NCBI GenBank assembly: GCA_017654855.1
Contig: CM030338.1
Span: 3,782,001-3,846,000 of the forward strand
From: Podospora anserina
Taxonomy: Eukaryota
DNA: 64,000 nucleotides
Reading direction: 5' to 3'
Shown here piece by piece: positions 12,251-25,285 of this stretch. Each line of letters begins with the position of its first letter. Position 1 is the stretch's first letter. The notes beneath the pieces were generated by a model. That model was given only the letters and a program-made list of their open reading frames with translations. It did no database searches and was not told the DNA's origin. Both the position numbers and the translations under genes were made by a program.

Positions 12251-13633
12251 TTATGGCCACATGGACTCATACATGTACAACCAATCATCCCAATACTGTT
12301 CAAACCGCCCAGTCAGCCAGCTTCTTCCGTCTCCATCTCCACCAATCTTCCACGGTCTTGTGTGTAGGCCCTCAGTCTTGAGGTGACGCTTCAGAGCCAC
12401 ATTCATGCTGAACGAACTTGGGCTGATGCCAAAGAAATAGTCACTCGCGACCAACACAACAAAGTCGATCAGGGCTTGTTGGTCCCAGGTCAGAGCCTCC
12501 AACATCAGCAGGTCCTCCCTCGAGTACTTGGCAAGCAGGTCATGTTTGGTGATGACACCCATGCCCAACCTCCTTTCAGCCTCTTCAACCAGCCTCGCTG
12601 CATCTGTCTTATTCCCCGTCGCCAAATAAGCAGCTTTGATCCCCGTTGCCTCAGATGCCGTCAGATACGCCTCTGTCTGGTTCCCAAAATCCGGCCACCG
12701 ACTCAGCGCATCGCTCTCAGTTCTCAAATGTAACCCCACATACCGTCCGCTTCCCCCATGTCTCTTTGCGAACTCTCTCATGTACCCCTTTGCTCTGAAC
12801 CCCAAAGCCAGAATATCCTCCCTGAACCTCAACAGCCCTCCAAAACTGGCAGTGAATTCTGGCCCATCCTTCCAAGTAGGCCACTCAAACTGCACTCCCC
12901 AAGGAAACCTAACCGGCCGGGGGTTCATCTCGTTCAACTCAGGCCATCCAAACTCTTTCTCCGTCCTGTCCAGGTAACCGGCAAATGCCTTGTTGAATAC
13001 CCCGACGTTCTTGTTGAGGTCCCGCTTATCACAGCCTCCCCTCTTCCCCAGATCATGTGGCCTGACCTTTTCGGCTTTCACGGGGAGTTGTACGTTGGGA
13101 ATGCTCTCATCATTATCGTAGACCGTGATCCGAGGGCAAGCCCTTTCCAGATTGGTTCGGAAGTGGTCCTCGTCAAAGAAGTAGGTGAACGGCTGGTAGT
13201 CCAGCATCAAATCTGCTAGATTCTTCTCGCTGCGAGTGCGGATGCGGGGCAGGACGATGCCGGTGGCGCCGGCTTCGATACCATAGCGGATGCAGGTGAG
13301 GATGTAATTCCGGATGTTACCAATTCCTCCCGAATTGTTGTCGCAAATAAACACCAGGCCGGGCCTCCAGATGGTCTGCTCCCGGCAGACACGCTCGAGA
13401 GGCCAGCGGACGAAGGGTGAGTCGGGGAGAGACAGGTCGACCGGGTTTGGTTGGGGTTGCTGGTAAGGTGAGAGTGAGGGTCTGTAAGTGCTTTCGTACA
13501 AGCATATTTTGGGGAGGCGGCAAGACCAGATGGTGACCAAGGAGATGAGGCAGACGAGAAACAGAACGCCCCGAGGCCGGGAGACCAGAGAGGGAGACAT
13601 GGCTGGGCTGATGAAGCCCATTTTTGTCTTCAT
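12251..13633 (-). CDS. O-fucosyltransferase-like (GT-B) type II membrane protein
   Basis: N-terminal TM; GGIGNIRNYILTCIR, YVGLHLRTESD, IDFVVLVASDYFFGISPSSFS motifs; intronless 460 aa. Confidence 0.7.
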   Translation of the reverse strand: MKTKMGFISPAMSPSLVSRPRGVLFLVCLISLVTIWSCRLPKICLYESTYRPSLSPYQQPQPNPVDLSLPDSPFVRWPLERVCREQTIWRPGLVFICDNNSGGIGNIRNYILTCIRYGIEAGATGIVLPRIRTRSEKNLADLMLDYQPFTYFFDEDHFRTNLERACPRITVYDNDESIPNVQLPVKAEKVRPHDLGKRGGCDKRDLNKNVGVFNKAFAGYLDRTEKEFGWPELNEMNPRPVRFPWGVQFEWPTWKDGPEFTASFGGLLRFREDILALGFRAKGYMREFAKRHGGSGRYVGLHLRTESDALSRWPDFGNQTEAYLTASEATGIKAAYLATGNKTDAARLVEEAERRLGMGVITKHDLLAKYSREDLLMLEALTWDQQALIDFVVLVASDYFFGISPSSFSMNVALKRHLKTEGLHTRPWKIGGDGDGRSWLTGRFEQYWDDWLYMYESMWP

Positions 13634-14356
13634 CTCATGGACAAAACATCCTGAGGCTCAGAGAATGGAGAAATGGAGACGTGTTGATGTGCGGATAAAT
13701 GGGCTTGGAGTCGAATGCCATGGCGGACAGTGACCCGCTTTTGCCCACGGAGGCACAACTCCGAGCCCATCACCCGGCATCCAAGAGAGGGATGCTTCGA
13801 TCGTAAAGCTTGTGGAGCTTGGGAAAGTGAAGAAGACAGTTACAAGCCTGTGTCTTGTATTGATTTAGAAAACATGACTTCATGTGAGCAGAACGTTTGA
13901 GGCAGAGGTCATGAGAGTGAATGTGGGCGGCCGATAAGACTTGTTCCAGCCTGAGAATGAGACAGCGCTGAATATCAAGATTCTGTGAATAGTCAGCATT
14001 ATAACTACAAATCGTTGCGATTTACAACCCACAGGGAAAAGAGAGAGTGATAGAGAATGTCCGCCAGACTGGAAATCGAGAGAGTTGACATCGTCGAGCT
14101 TCGCTACTTCCGTGTCCCTGAGTTGGGTCTTGGCATCAATCCCTGCTAGCGGGACTCAGGTGGGGTTGATGCGGGGTGATAAGATGCCCCACTAAAAAGT
14201 TGAAAATCCACAAATTTTTGGTGGGCGGCCCTCGAGATTTTTGCGACCACGACGAACCCCGCCAGCCAGTCCCTCCTCTAATTGTCGCATTGCCGCAAAG
14301 TAATTGAACACCCTACTCGACTGAATATCGCTACCTAGTCAAGAAACACCTTCGAA

Positions 14357-15826
14357 ATGTCCAAGCGCACTGCCGACGAAGACAGCGCCGGCCCCCTCAA
14401 GGGCCGCAGCCGCCCCGATGCTATGGACATCGACGATGACAAGACCAACGAGATGGGCGAGTTCGAGGACGAGTTCGAGGATGAGTTTGAGAGCGAGGAC
14501 GAGATCATCGAGGCTGGTATCGACGGCAGACCAGATGCCGAACGAGAGGCTGAGGAGGGCGCTATGGAGCTCGACAACCCCCAGGGCACATTCATCGTCG
14601 GCAGAACAAAACTCGAGCCTGGCCAGACCCTCTCTCCCGATCCCACCACATACCGCATGCTTCACAACCTGAGCACACCATGGCCATGCCTCTCCTTCGA
14701 CATTATCCGCGACGGGCTCGGCGACAACCGCAGCGTCTACCCCATGACCATGTACACAGTAGCAGGCACCCAGGCCGAGAACACAAAGGCCTTAGACAAC
14801 TCTCTCATGGTGATGAAGCTGAGCGCCCTGAGCAAGATGCAAGGCGGTGACGACGACGATTCCAGCGACGACGAGGACGACGATGAGGATTCTGACCCTC
14901 TCCTTGAGCACAAGAGTATCCCTCTCAATAGCACCACTAACAGGATACGAGCTCACCAGGCCCCTGCCACTGGTGCCTCGCAGACCCCGACCACCCTCAC
15001 CGCGACCATGACCGAGTCCACCAATGTTTACATTCACGACATTACCCCCCACCTCGCCTCCTTTGATACCCCGGGTACCATCATCACCCCCCAACAAAAC
15101 AAGCCCGTCTGCACCATCCGCGCCCACAAGTCCGAGGGTTATGCTGTCGACTGGTCGACCCTTCACCCACAGGGAAAGCTCCTGACTGGTGACAACGACG
15201 GTCTCATCTATGTCACCACCCGCACCGACGGCGGCGGCTTTGTGACCGACAACCGCCCCTTCACCGGCCACACCTCCTCGGTAGAAGAGCTCCAATGGTC
15301 GCCCTCGGAAGCCTCCGTTTTCGCTTCTGCTTCGTCTGATGGCACCATTCGCGTCTGGGATGTCCGCAGCAAGGCCCGCAAGCCAGCTCTCAGCATGCAA
15401 GTCAGCAATGTCGACGTAAACGTCATGTCCTGGTCGAGACAAACCACCCATCTCTTGGCTTCCGGTGACGATGCCGGTGTGTGGGGTGTCTGGGATCTCA
15501 GACAATGGAAGTCGGATGGAAAGCCCACACCCATCGCCAGCTTCGACTACCACAAGGAGCAGATTACCAGTGTCGAATGGCATCCCACTGATGACAGTAT
15601 CGTTGCCGTCTCTGCTGGTGATAACACCGTCACCATTTGGGACTTGGCCGTCGAGCTGGACGACGAGGAGAGCAAGGACACGGGTGGTGTTGCGGACGTG
15701 CCTCCCCAGCTTCTGTTTGTGCACTACCAGAACCTGGCCAAGGAGGTCCACTGGCACTCACAGATTCCCGGCGTGCTGGCTGCCACAGGCGAAGAGTTTA
15801 GCGTTTTCAGGACTATTAGCGTATAG
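14357..15826 (+). CDS. RRB1: Ribosome assembly protein Rrb1/GRWD1 (WD40)
   Basis: Acidic N-terminus; YRMLH..WPCLSFD; GHTSSVEELQWSPSE; DVNVMSW; PPQLLFVH; 489 aa. Confidence 0.95.
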   Translation: MSKRTADEDSAGPLKGRSRPDAMDIDDDKTNEMGEFEDEFEDEFESEDEIIEAGIDGRPDAEREAEEGAMELDNPQGTFIVGRTKLEPGQTLSPDPTTYRMLHNLSTPWPCLSFDIIRDGLGDNRSVYPMTMYTVAGTQAENTKALDNSLMVMKLSALSKMQGGDDDDSSDDEDDDEDSDPLLEHKSIPLNSTTNRIRAHQAPATGASQTPTTLTATMTESTNVYIHDITPHLASFDTPGTIITPQQNKPVCTIRAHKSEGYAVDWSTLHPQGKLLTGDNDGLIYVTTRTDGGGFVTDNRPFTGHTSSVEELQWSPSEASVFASASSDGTIRVWDVRSKARKPALSMQVSNVDVNVMSWSRQTTHLLASGDDAGVWGVWDLRQWKSDGKPTPIASFDYHKEQITSVEWHPTDDSIVAVSAGDNTVTIWDLAVELDDEESKDTGGVADVPPQLLFVHYQNLAKEVHWHSQIPGVLAATGEEFSVFRTISV

Positions 15827-15982
15827 AGGATCTGCTTGGGAAATAAAAGGCAACAAAGTTACCACGCCACACACAGCAAACACCTGGACACACGACAGGA
15901 ATGATCATTCAATGTGATGAAGAACCCTATTTGCCCCCAGCTCCTTACAATACTCACAGACAGACACAACAAACAAATTAAG

Positions 15983-17869
15983 CTAGTAGTTGTACACTGG
16001 TCCCGGCGGAGCGAAACCGGTCAGCTTTTCCCCGTTCAAAGGCTGGAACTTCTTCTCCTTGTACCACGTGTGCGCATTCTCAGCCAGACTCTTGACCTCG
16101 TTCATGTCAAACTGCGGCGCCGGCAGGAGCTGGAACACACCCTCCGAATAATCGGGCGAGATGTTGTACAGCTGGGCGAGATATTTCTTCTGTTCCAGGT
16201 GTCAGCTACAAACTATTTCGCCCTCACTGATTCGAAGCATACCTGAATCTCTGGGTACTTGACAATGCCCAAGTACTTGGCCGTATTCTGAATCGTGTTC
16301 TCTCGCTGCTGGGGCGTCATTACCCTCGCCCAAAGCTGTGTCGCCTGCGCATAGTCATTCTTCTTTCCCTCATGCCAGTAATGGCTCTTCCGGCTCATAA
16401 TGTTGTCGCTGACAGCATACGGCGCCTCGGCCGCGTCGGGCCTGAACTTGTGAGCAAAGCTGTTGGGCGCATACTGCTTGTTACCGGCATGGTTGGCATC
16501 CGACCTCATGGGACCGTCAAAGTTGAGCGAGGCGTAGCTCTTGGCCATGAAGGGGCAGTTGACGGGGATCTGGTGGAGGTTGACACCGATGCGGTGATAT
16601 TGGGCGTCTCTGTAGAAGAACATGCGGAACTGGAGAAGCGGGTCGGGCGAATCCTCAATGCCGGGAACCATGCTGCCGGGGGAGAAGGCGGCCTGCTCGA
16701 CGTCGCGGGTGAAGTTCTCGGGATTCTTGTTGAGGACGAGGCGGCCAAACTCCTTGAGCGGGAACTGGTCTCTGGGCCAGACCTTGGTCACGTCAAAGGG
16801 GTCAAAGCCGAGAAGGTCGGGGTCGGCCTGCTCGGGCTGCATCACCTGGACGTAGGCAGTCCACTCAATCTCCTCGCCGGCCTCAATGGTGTCCCAGAGG
16901 TCACGCTTGGAATAATCTGGATCACGGCCGCACATGGCAACAGCCTCGGAATCGGTAAACTGCTTCTGGCCGTGCTTGGCGAGGAAGGTGTATTTGATGT
17001 ACACGAACTTACCCTCCTTGTTGACCCACTTGAACGTGTGGCAGCCGTAGCCATGGTTGTATCGCCAGCCAACAGGAGTGCCGTGGTCTGAGAAGAACAT
17101 GAGGCCGGCATGATTGGCCTCGGGTGTGTTGGCCAACAGATCAAAGAGAGCATCATAGTCGAGGAGGAAGTTGCGGGGGTTGCGGGACTGAGAGCGGATG
17201 ACATCGGGGCCTTGAATGGGATCGCGGCAGAAGAAGACGGGGAAATTGAGGCCCACGATGTCGTAGTTGCCTTCGGTGGTGTAGAACTTGATGGCAAAGC
17301 CACGGGGGTTGCGGCCTTCGTCGGGAAATTCACGGCCAAAGGTGACGGTCGAGAAACGGGTGAAGACGGGGGTCTTTTCACCCACGCTGGAGAGGAAGTC
17401 GGCTTTCTGGGGTAAGGTCAGCACCTCTTCTGCTCGCAAAAGCTTCAACCTGAGAGATACTTACGGTGAGGTCAGTCACATCCTTGGTACACTCAAAGTA
17501 GCCGAAGGCACCAGAGCCGCATGGGTGAACCATACGCTCGAGGGGCTTGGACCGGTTAAAGTGCTGCTGCTTCTGGAAGAGAAACACATCGCTGGCTACG
17601 GGAATACCACCGATGGTCTTGCTGTGGGCGGGGTCCGGGAATGGGATGGCTTCATTGTTGGTGAAGTAAAGGGCATCGTCTTCTCTCTTTCCGCCAGCTG
17701 AGGCACCGGACACCTTTGCGATGATGTCGGCGGGGCCCTCGTTGGCGCTCTGCATATGGGTCATGCGAGGGTTGCGGCGCTCACCCACCAACTCGGCGGC
17801 AATGCCAGCAGCAGTCGCCTTGAGAGGGTGCTGGCGCGGGTCCATCTGGTTGGAGTTGAGGCCCGACAT
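15983..17869 (-). CDS. Monofunctional heme catalase (small-subunit type), 2 introns
   Basis: PLERMVHPCGSGAFGYF, TPVFTRFSTV, RNPRGFAIKFYT, FDPFDVTKVWP, VEQAAFSP, RMFFYRDAQYHRIGVN. Confidence 0.92.
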
Positions 17870-18771
17870 GGCAATTCTTGGCTGTGATGGTCTTCAGATT
17901 CGAAACAATCCGTAAAGGTTCTCGGGATGAAGTAACAGGAGAGCTGGGATAGGCAGCGGTCCTCGACCCAGATGCCCCTTCAACCCCTTTATCACGGGCA
18001 CCACCATCTTGGCATCTTCGTCATCACGACCATAAACCCCACATCTCGATCAAAGACAATGACTTCCTGTACAACAGACACTTCCCCGCATGAGGAAGTC
18101 GAGTCGATGAATCATCATGCTAGAGAAGGGTAGGAGGAAGCTTGCCCGCTGGCTCGGAAAGCCGAAGCTGTCCAGGAACAGAGGCTCCGGCTTGACACAA
18201 GGTGGTTGACTGGGGCCTGGAGCTATTGATGTTTGTCCAATAGGCAAGGGGCTGTTTTGTTGCTTCAGGAGGCTGTCTGTAATGATAACATCATCGATTG
18301 AACCTGTCGTTTTTTGACTGAAACAACCAACGAACCACAGTCCTCGGCGGTCAGTGCGAGGTGATTTGTGCTTCAGATTCTTATCACGGTCGCAAATGGT
18401 TCATTGTCTCACAGGCTGATTTTGTGATGTTGAAGCTCGGTCTGAATGGCGCTGCTTTGCGGGGACATGAGTTGAGTCGGGTGTAGGATCAGTTGAGTTA
18501 TCGGTTGTGCTTATCAACCCAAGTCCGGTAGAAGTGTCTGGTATCTCAACTTGGGGAATCTTGGGACGATGGAAAAGTTGAGATGGCTATGTGTGAAGGT
18601 CCCAGCTCCTGGGATGGCTCTGTTCACTCTCACGTCTTCCTGACGTGAGTTCCTGTCCCACTTGGCACTACTAAATCTCTACAAATATTGACCTACGATC
18701 CTTGGCGCAAAAGTTGTTTTTCCCCTTTTTGATATTCTTAAGCCGATCGAACCCTTGCCCATTCCTCCACA

Positions 18772-19559
18772 ATGCTTGCAAGTCGCTTCCTCACCAAAAG
18801 ACTCATCCCACGGCCAGGGTTTTCACCAGCTTCGGTCATCTCGGCCCGTGTCCGGCCCATTCAGACGCAGAACGCCCTGGGTGTTGCTTGTATGGCAACA
18901 ATCACCCAGGCTATTACCGACGACCACCGCCATATCCAGGATTGCTATAACGAAGTGGTCAACTCGAGTGACCCGGACCACCAGCAGCGTTGGGGCAATC
19001 AGTTCACGTGGGAACTCGCTCGTCACTCGGTGGGAGAGGAGCTGATTCTGTACCCTGCTTTCGAGTGGCACATGGGCACCGTGGGAAGCCAGATTGCCGA
19101 GACGGACAGAAAGGATCATCACCAGGTTCAGCTCCATCTCCAGGCGGTGGCAGAGCTACTACTAACTCCATGAAGGTCAAGAAAATGCTCAAGGACTTTC
19201 AGAGCATGAGCTCTAGCGACCCCGATTATATACCAAGGATCAAGGAGCTTTGGTGCAAGCTCGAGGACCACATCAAGGACGAAGAAGGCTATGACCTGCC
19301 TGCTCTCGAAGAGAAACTGACACCTGAGCACTCCGAGTCCATGGCGAAAAGCTTTGGACGAACCAAGCACTTTGTTCCCAGCCGCAGTCACCCCTTGGCT
19401 GGAGAGCATCCCCCGTTTGAATCGGTCGTGGGTTTGCTCACAGCCCCGATTGACCGCCTTACCGACTTGTTCCGCAAATTTCCGGAGAAGGGGGAGGAGG
19501 CAAAGCCGAGCGGGCCAAGGATTGATATACCGCCAGGAAGCAATGTGATTCACGACTGA
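18772..19559 (+). CDS. Hemerythrin HHE cation-binding domain protein, possible mitochondrial presequence; 1 intron
   Basis: DDHRHI, ELARHSVGEELILYP, DHHQ, LEDHIKDEE, PSRSHP; intron about 19125-19175. Confidence 0.85.
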
Positions 19560-20177
19560 GGGCTAAGGCACCTTGAAAGGGTTGCTTGTTTCCTACGCCG
19601 TTTATCTCGACGTGGCTGGACTGGAACCGGGGGGTGAAAAGTGCTTGGAACTTGTACATGTCTCGACAAGAGAAAACAGAAATTCTTTTCCCATTGAAGG
19701 AGTTGCTATCATGCCTCGCTTTTCCAAAAACGGTACCTTATCCATCATATCTATGGTCATCCCTAACATCTCCAAGGACTGTCGGGGCTTGTATGTCCAA
19801 GATAGAAACCGAATCGGCGTGCCTCCTTACGGTTTCGCTCGCCTACCTTGGTATGATGGCTCCAGCTCGTTGACCCTCCTTCGACATTGTATATACCCTA
19901 GGTAAGCATTTACACCCCATGACCGATCCGTGATAACACCTGGGTGTAATTAGACAAGGCACCAATTAGCACATGTAAATAAACAATTGTAAGTCACCTC
20001 ATAAACAATAACTCCATAACGTGGTGCCTCCATCTAGGGGTATCTCATCTAACTGTCGCAAAGCCATCCGCACTTCGCCATCTCCTCGCCGCATTTCATC
20101 CACATCATCCCGTCAGATTCCCGTGAGATTTGGAGAAAAGCCCTCATAAATCCCTTGATGTTAGGTATCCAACCGCT

Positions 20178-20318
20178 CCCCTCTCCCCCTCCCCCCCCCT
20201 CCCTCTCCCCTCTCCCCTCTCCCCTCTCCCCTCTCCCCTCTCCCCTCTCCCCTCTCCCCTCTCCCCTCTCCCCTCTCCCCTCTCCCCTCTCCCCTCTCCC
20301 CTCTCCCCTCTCCCCTCC
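20178..20318. repeat. (CTCTCCC)n heptamer microsatellite, polypyrimidine tract
   Basis: About 16 near-perfect CTCTCCC units. Confidence 0.95.
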
Positions 20319-21823
20319 ATCTTAATTCTGGAATAGCTTTGATGACCAGCCCCCTGTAATGGGAGGCGGCGCGGCCGCGGGCTTCAGACTCGAATCTAGA
20401 GGGAACAGATATGTTAGTTATCTCCATGCTGGAACACGAAAGTAAAGACATAGTCAAACCACCAATTTTCCTGCCGGGGTTCGGCTTGAGGCGGCTTGGG
20501 TGATCCATCGGTATCTTCTGTGAGCAGTTGCCCACAAGCCAGTACTCGGCGGCCACCGGCCGCTTCAGTTTCCGCAGCTGTTGTGGGTTCCGCTGCGTTC
20601 GGGTCGTCAAGTTGCAGGCAGTGTGACGTCCCGGCCCCGGTCGTCTTGGTAGTAGTCTGAGCTTTTCGCGGTGCTTGATTGCTTGCTGCCGGATCTCCAG
20701 CACCCTGCTTCTGGGGAGTGATACCAGGACCGCTGATAGAGATCCCCTCCACATAGGCCGATCTCCGGGTCGGGGTCCCCCTTGCCTGGCCGACTTGGCC
20801 CGGTCTTCTTCTGCCCGCACTGTGGTTGAATGCTGATGGGCATTGTGACAGCTGGGCTCCTGGGCTGTTAGACTTGTCGTCAGTCAGTAACCAGTTGACA
20901 ACTGCTTCGCATACAGAGATCAGACCTACCTTTGAAGCTCGAGATTGAATATAAATCGACGTCAACGATGGACGTGATATTGGTGGGAGTGAAGCGGATG
21001 TCTAGCGACTTTAGAGCGTGCCCGAAGACTCCAAACTTGTCAACTTGTTGCTGATTGTGGGCTCAAAGTTTGCTGATCGTAGGTCAGGAAGGATTGGGGC
21101 AAGACTGAAAATAACTGTCGACGCTTGGGGTTCGAGTTGAAAGTAACTCAAATAGTCAATATGTGAGCTTGGTAAGTGTAACGAAACTCTAGAAGAGAGA
21201 CCTGAGTTGCTGATGCTTGCGAGAGACAGTGGGAGGGAGAGAGTTCAGAGTGGTCTGTGGTGGTTTAAATAACTTAAAATTGGCAGACTCTTCTCGCTGA
21301 CGATGCTCCCACTGTGGGGCACCCACTTTATCTGTTCACTCTTTGTGAGTTTTCAGGTGAATAATAATAGCAGAGCAACCAGATGTGGGTTTAGAAGAGC
21401 GACTTGTTGGTCACAGGGGGGCTGGAGAGAGATGGGTGGAAGTGAATAGTGCGTCGCTGCCAAATTTTGCTCTGGCAGAAGCAACTTATTAGAGGGCTTT
21501 GGGTGGTTGGGTTCTGTCAGCAAGTGAATTGGCAGGTGTAGGTGAATAAGTAGGTCGTTAAAGCTAATGTTGATATCAAAAAAATAAAGGAGTCCACAAA
21601 AGCTTGGCTCCTTTTGACCCACACTTTCAAGCTCGCCCTGTCGCACCAATTCTTCTTCCTGCACCACAACACCAGCTTTCGCAACTCCTCATCACCATCG
21701 CTTCGCCTCCTCTCAAACCAGTCAAAAGAGACGAGCTCATTCTGCAAAGCTCGTTGTGATCCAAACCTCTCTCGCCCCGCGCCCATTTGCAACATCACCA
21801 CCAGCGATCAGTCGCATCACAAG

Positions 21824-23526
21824 ATGGAGATCACCGGCAGAAATCAGGACGCGACTTGGTCAGACAGCGACCACACAAACTCAATCTCTCCCAGCGAAAC
21901 CGCTTCATTTAAAGATGCCGAAGCTCAGGCTCCCCCTCCTCTGGAGAATGAGAAATACTACGAGGCTGAACATCGTGGCGGTGTCGAAGATCCCAACGAT
22001 TACTATCCCAGCGGCTTCCATCCCGTCCTTCTGGGTGATTTTCTGGGCAAGAGCAGTCGATTCCGGGCCATCAACAAACTAGGAGCCGGCGCACACGGCA
22101 CGGTTTGGCTTTGCAGAGACAGGGCCACGGCCAAATGAAGGGCCGTCAAAATCTTTTCTGCGAAGGTCTCGCGTCCGACAGCCGACATCGACCCCCACGA
22201 GCTTCCAGATCACCGAACCACTGCAATGGCAGACATGGTCATCTCTAAGCACCTTGCCAAATGGTACCAGCCAGACGACCCAGCCCTTAGAAAACATCAC
22301 ATCGGCATCCCACTTGAGTACTTCCGGATCAATGGTCCGAATGGCAAGCATCTCTGCCACGTTTCGCCTTTTATAGTCCCACCATTGAACACGTCCACGA
22401 CCTGTACTCGCCCTGTCAGTCCTTCCTGAAAGCCATCGCCTATCAGATGGTTCATTCCATGGCCTTTCTTCATCAGCACGGCATCTATCATGGCGACTTT
22501 CGACCCGCAAACGGCATGTTTTGCTTGCTTCCTGGAGTCGACGAATGGCCAGAGGAGAAGATGATCAAGCTCTACGGCAAACCGAAAATAGTCCGAGTCC
22601 ACGCAGTTGACGAGGAGGGGGAACGGGACTTTGAAATCGAACCGAACGTCTCTCCTTATCTCATCCAAACGGCCAACTTCGACCTTTCTTCCGGCGCCTG
22701 TTCTTACAATATCGCGGTTATTGACTTTGGCATGGCCTACTTCCTCGACAATCCACCCACCATCTGCGCCACCCCATTCGAGCTGTCCTCCCCCGAAGGG
22801 ATTTTTACCAACGGGCGATTAGGTTGGCCGGCAGACATTTGGTCACTCGCCTGCACTATTCTTTGGACCGTGGCGGGAAGTTACCCATTCGGCGATGAAG
22901 ACTCGGAGTCCACACCATGGCTTGTCGTAGAGGACGTGGAAAGGCTTATGGGACCAATGCCACTGCGCTATCGTCCCCTGCTCACCAGCTGTGTTAGCGC
23001 CGGCAGAGAACTGAGCGAGCGACAGATGAATGACCCGTCCAAATACGCGACTTTCAATCGTCGGGAATCTCACGCCTCCACATACCATGGCGATCCCGAC
23101 GTGATCAGAAACAGAATTTTTGTCAAATATGTGCTTCCCTGGACATCGGAGGAGTATGAGGAGCTCGCCAAACAGGACGAGATCTGGAGGAAAACAGGAC
23201 GTCTTCCCAAGTACATCAAGGCGGCGGGGACTGGAGGTGAAACGATCTGGCGCCCAAGCCTACTACATGATCGCGAGGATGGCGAGGCTCTGTCGGACCT
23301 GTTGCTATCCATCTTCAAATGGGAACCAACTGAGCGTGCGACTACCAAAACCATGCTGGCACATCCCTGGTTTAAGGACCACCGCTCTCGTGGTTCTGAC
23401 AGCCAGTCAGCATCCCAGCAAGGATGGAACTATCTGGCTAGGGGAAAAGGGTTGATGTGGATCTTGGGTGGTTTGCTTGTTGGGGTGGTATCCTTTCGAC
23501 TTCGCAAGAGAGTTTTGGGCAACTAG
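21824..23526 (+). pseudogene. SRPK/Sky1-like protein kinase, disrupted
   Basis: YYPSGFHPVLLGD..KLGAGAHGTVWLCRD, in-frame TGA at 22136-22138 before RAVKI, 1-bp frameshift near 22376, then HGDFRPAN, DFG, DIWSLAC; C-terminal TM segment. Confidence 0.8.
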
Positions 23527-24635
23527 AAAAGGGGGGGGATGAAGAGTGGGATAGGGGCATTATTTGTCATTGTGTTATCAGGAGTCACAAATCTGAAAGG
23601 GGAGTTCTTGGAATTTGTATTGCTAGGCATGAGGCGAGATAATCGGTGGAGCAGGTGTCAAGGAATGGAATGAAAGGGCGTTGGTATCAATGGAAGCAGA
23701 TGATGATGCTGCTTGGTCAGTTCGTTGAACCGCGGGATGTGAGATTTACCTGAAATGAAAGCCCCTTAATACGTGAGACTTACAGTGCTTTCGCCCTAAA
23801 GTGACAGCATACAACCTGTACAATACAGAAATCGGTAAAGGAACCAAATCAGCCGCAGTCTTCTCAGGCCACAGACCTCTCTACATTTCATCGCATATTC
23901 AACAGTGGTAAGATGATCTAACTAGCAAGTTAAGAAGTTGAATACATCTCGACCAAGCTCAAAGCACCACTGGTATTTGGTCCTCTCTTGTATTTTGGCA
24001 TAGCCAAGCCAATAACCAGATGCTGAACGCCTAAAAAATCCAGGAAACAACTAGATTTCCACAAGACCGAGATAGCATGTAGGTGGCCAATAGACCTTAC
24101 ATGTGAAAATCCCGTTGGTCCGCCCCGTCGATTTCATGTTTTTCTTTTTCTGGGGGGGTTCTGACAGATGCCATTCCAGGGCAGCAAAAACCGACTGCCG
24201 GACCTCCGGGATGGGTAGCCAACAACAGCCATTGGTTGACCTCCTGTGCCGCCAAGATGGGAGAGGCACGGATAGCTACCGAAACTGGCAGCCACACGGG
24301 TCAGGTGCCGGCCGATGATGTTTCCTGGATGGGGGCTGAAGACGGGGACCGGAAAGCTGCATCGTGGGTGACGTTAGAGTGTCACGGAGGGTAATGATTC
24401 GGGGCGATCAACGGCCCTCCGTTCTGCTTCCTGTCTTTTGCTATGACGGGATTCTTTCGACGGACCTCAACATGTAGCAGACAGGCGGATAACAGGGAAA
24501 TGCGATGTGAAGATTGGGGGCTGAAGAAGAGTGGGAATGTCCTAGCTACCTATTTATGGCGATGAACATTCCAGCCAACTCCTGTCCTGAGCTACATATA
24601 ACTCATTCAAATGAAGACAAGAACCGCAAGCCAAA

Positions 24636-25176
24636 ATGAATCTCACCATTTTTACACCTCTTCTGGCCTCTATCGTATTTTCCTGGGCACTAGCTGAAGA
24701 CTTCAGCGGGCCTGGCCAAATTCGCACACTCGATGTCCACGAAAATAATCAAGATCTTGGCTGTTTGACCTCAAAAGGAAAATGGACCACGGTTGAGTCG
24801 CTTTGTGGCGAGTTCAACGCTCAGCGCGTGGGAAGTAACAATGAATTCCGTCTCTCATCAATGGGGGGAGGTAGCTGCGGCATTGATGGGGTCACATTCA
24901 AGTGTGGAATCCAGAGTGGGATCTTTGGCGTACGTGACCGCTGCCTCTTGGTGGCTGGCGACCTGGAAGGAGCAAGAAAGCTAACAATATAACCAACAGA
25001 CATGGGGTACTGAAGGGCCAGTTAGTGGAAGAGAAGTCGTGCGGTATGGGGCCTATGGACTGATGGAAGGGTCCGGGAACAGCCCGCCCGATGCGAAAGA
25101 TGAGGCAGTCGAAATTCACTTTTCGACAGGAAACGAGGGAGGAAAAGCGGTGTGGCTAGGCTGGAAGGCACTCTGA
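24636..25176 (+). CDS. Small secreted protein resembling the C-terminal extension domain of fungal T2 RNases; 1 intron
   Basis: Signal peptide; GCLTSKGKWT..CGEF..C..FKC; exon 2 ends ..VWLGWKAL*; no T2 catalytic His motifs. Confidence 0.55.
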
Positions 25177-25285
25177 AGAGGTTGTGTGGTGTTGTTGAGT
25201 GTAATTAGAGATAGACCACGTTCAGTCCGGACGAACGCAATCGCTACCACATGTCAAAAAGGCTCGTGACAGGACCGCCCACTGA

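Noticed and set aside
14792..15757. Long antisense ORFs (also 1312-2115, 16372-17091, 44436-45194, 62770-63456)
   Set aside because: Shadows of codon-biased real genes on the opposite strand.
20161..20965. 219-aa and 183-aa minus-strand ORFs, one with a GEGRGER repeat
   Set aside because: The repeat is just the translated microsatellite; starts are non-ATG and no domain is recognisable. A small gene here cannot be excluded.
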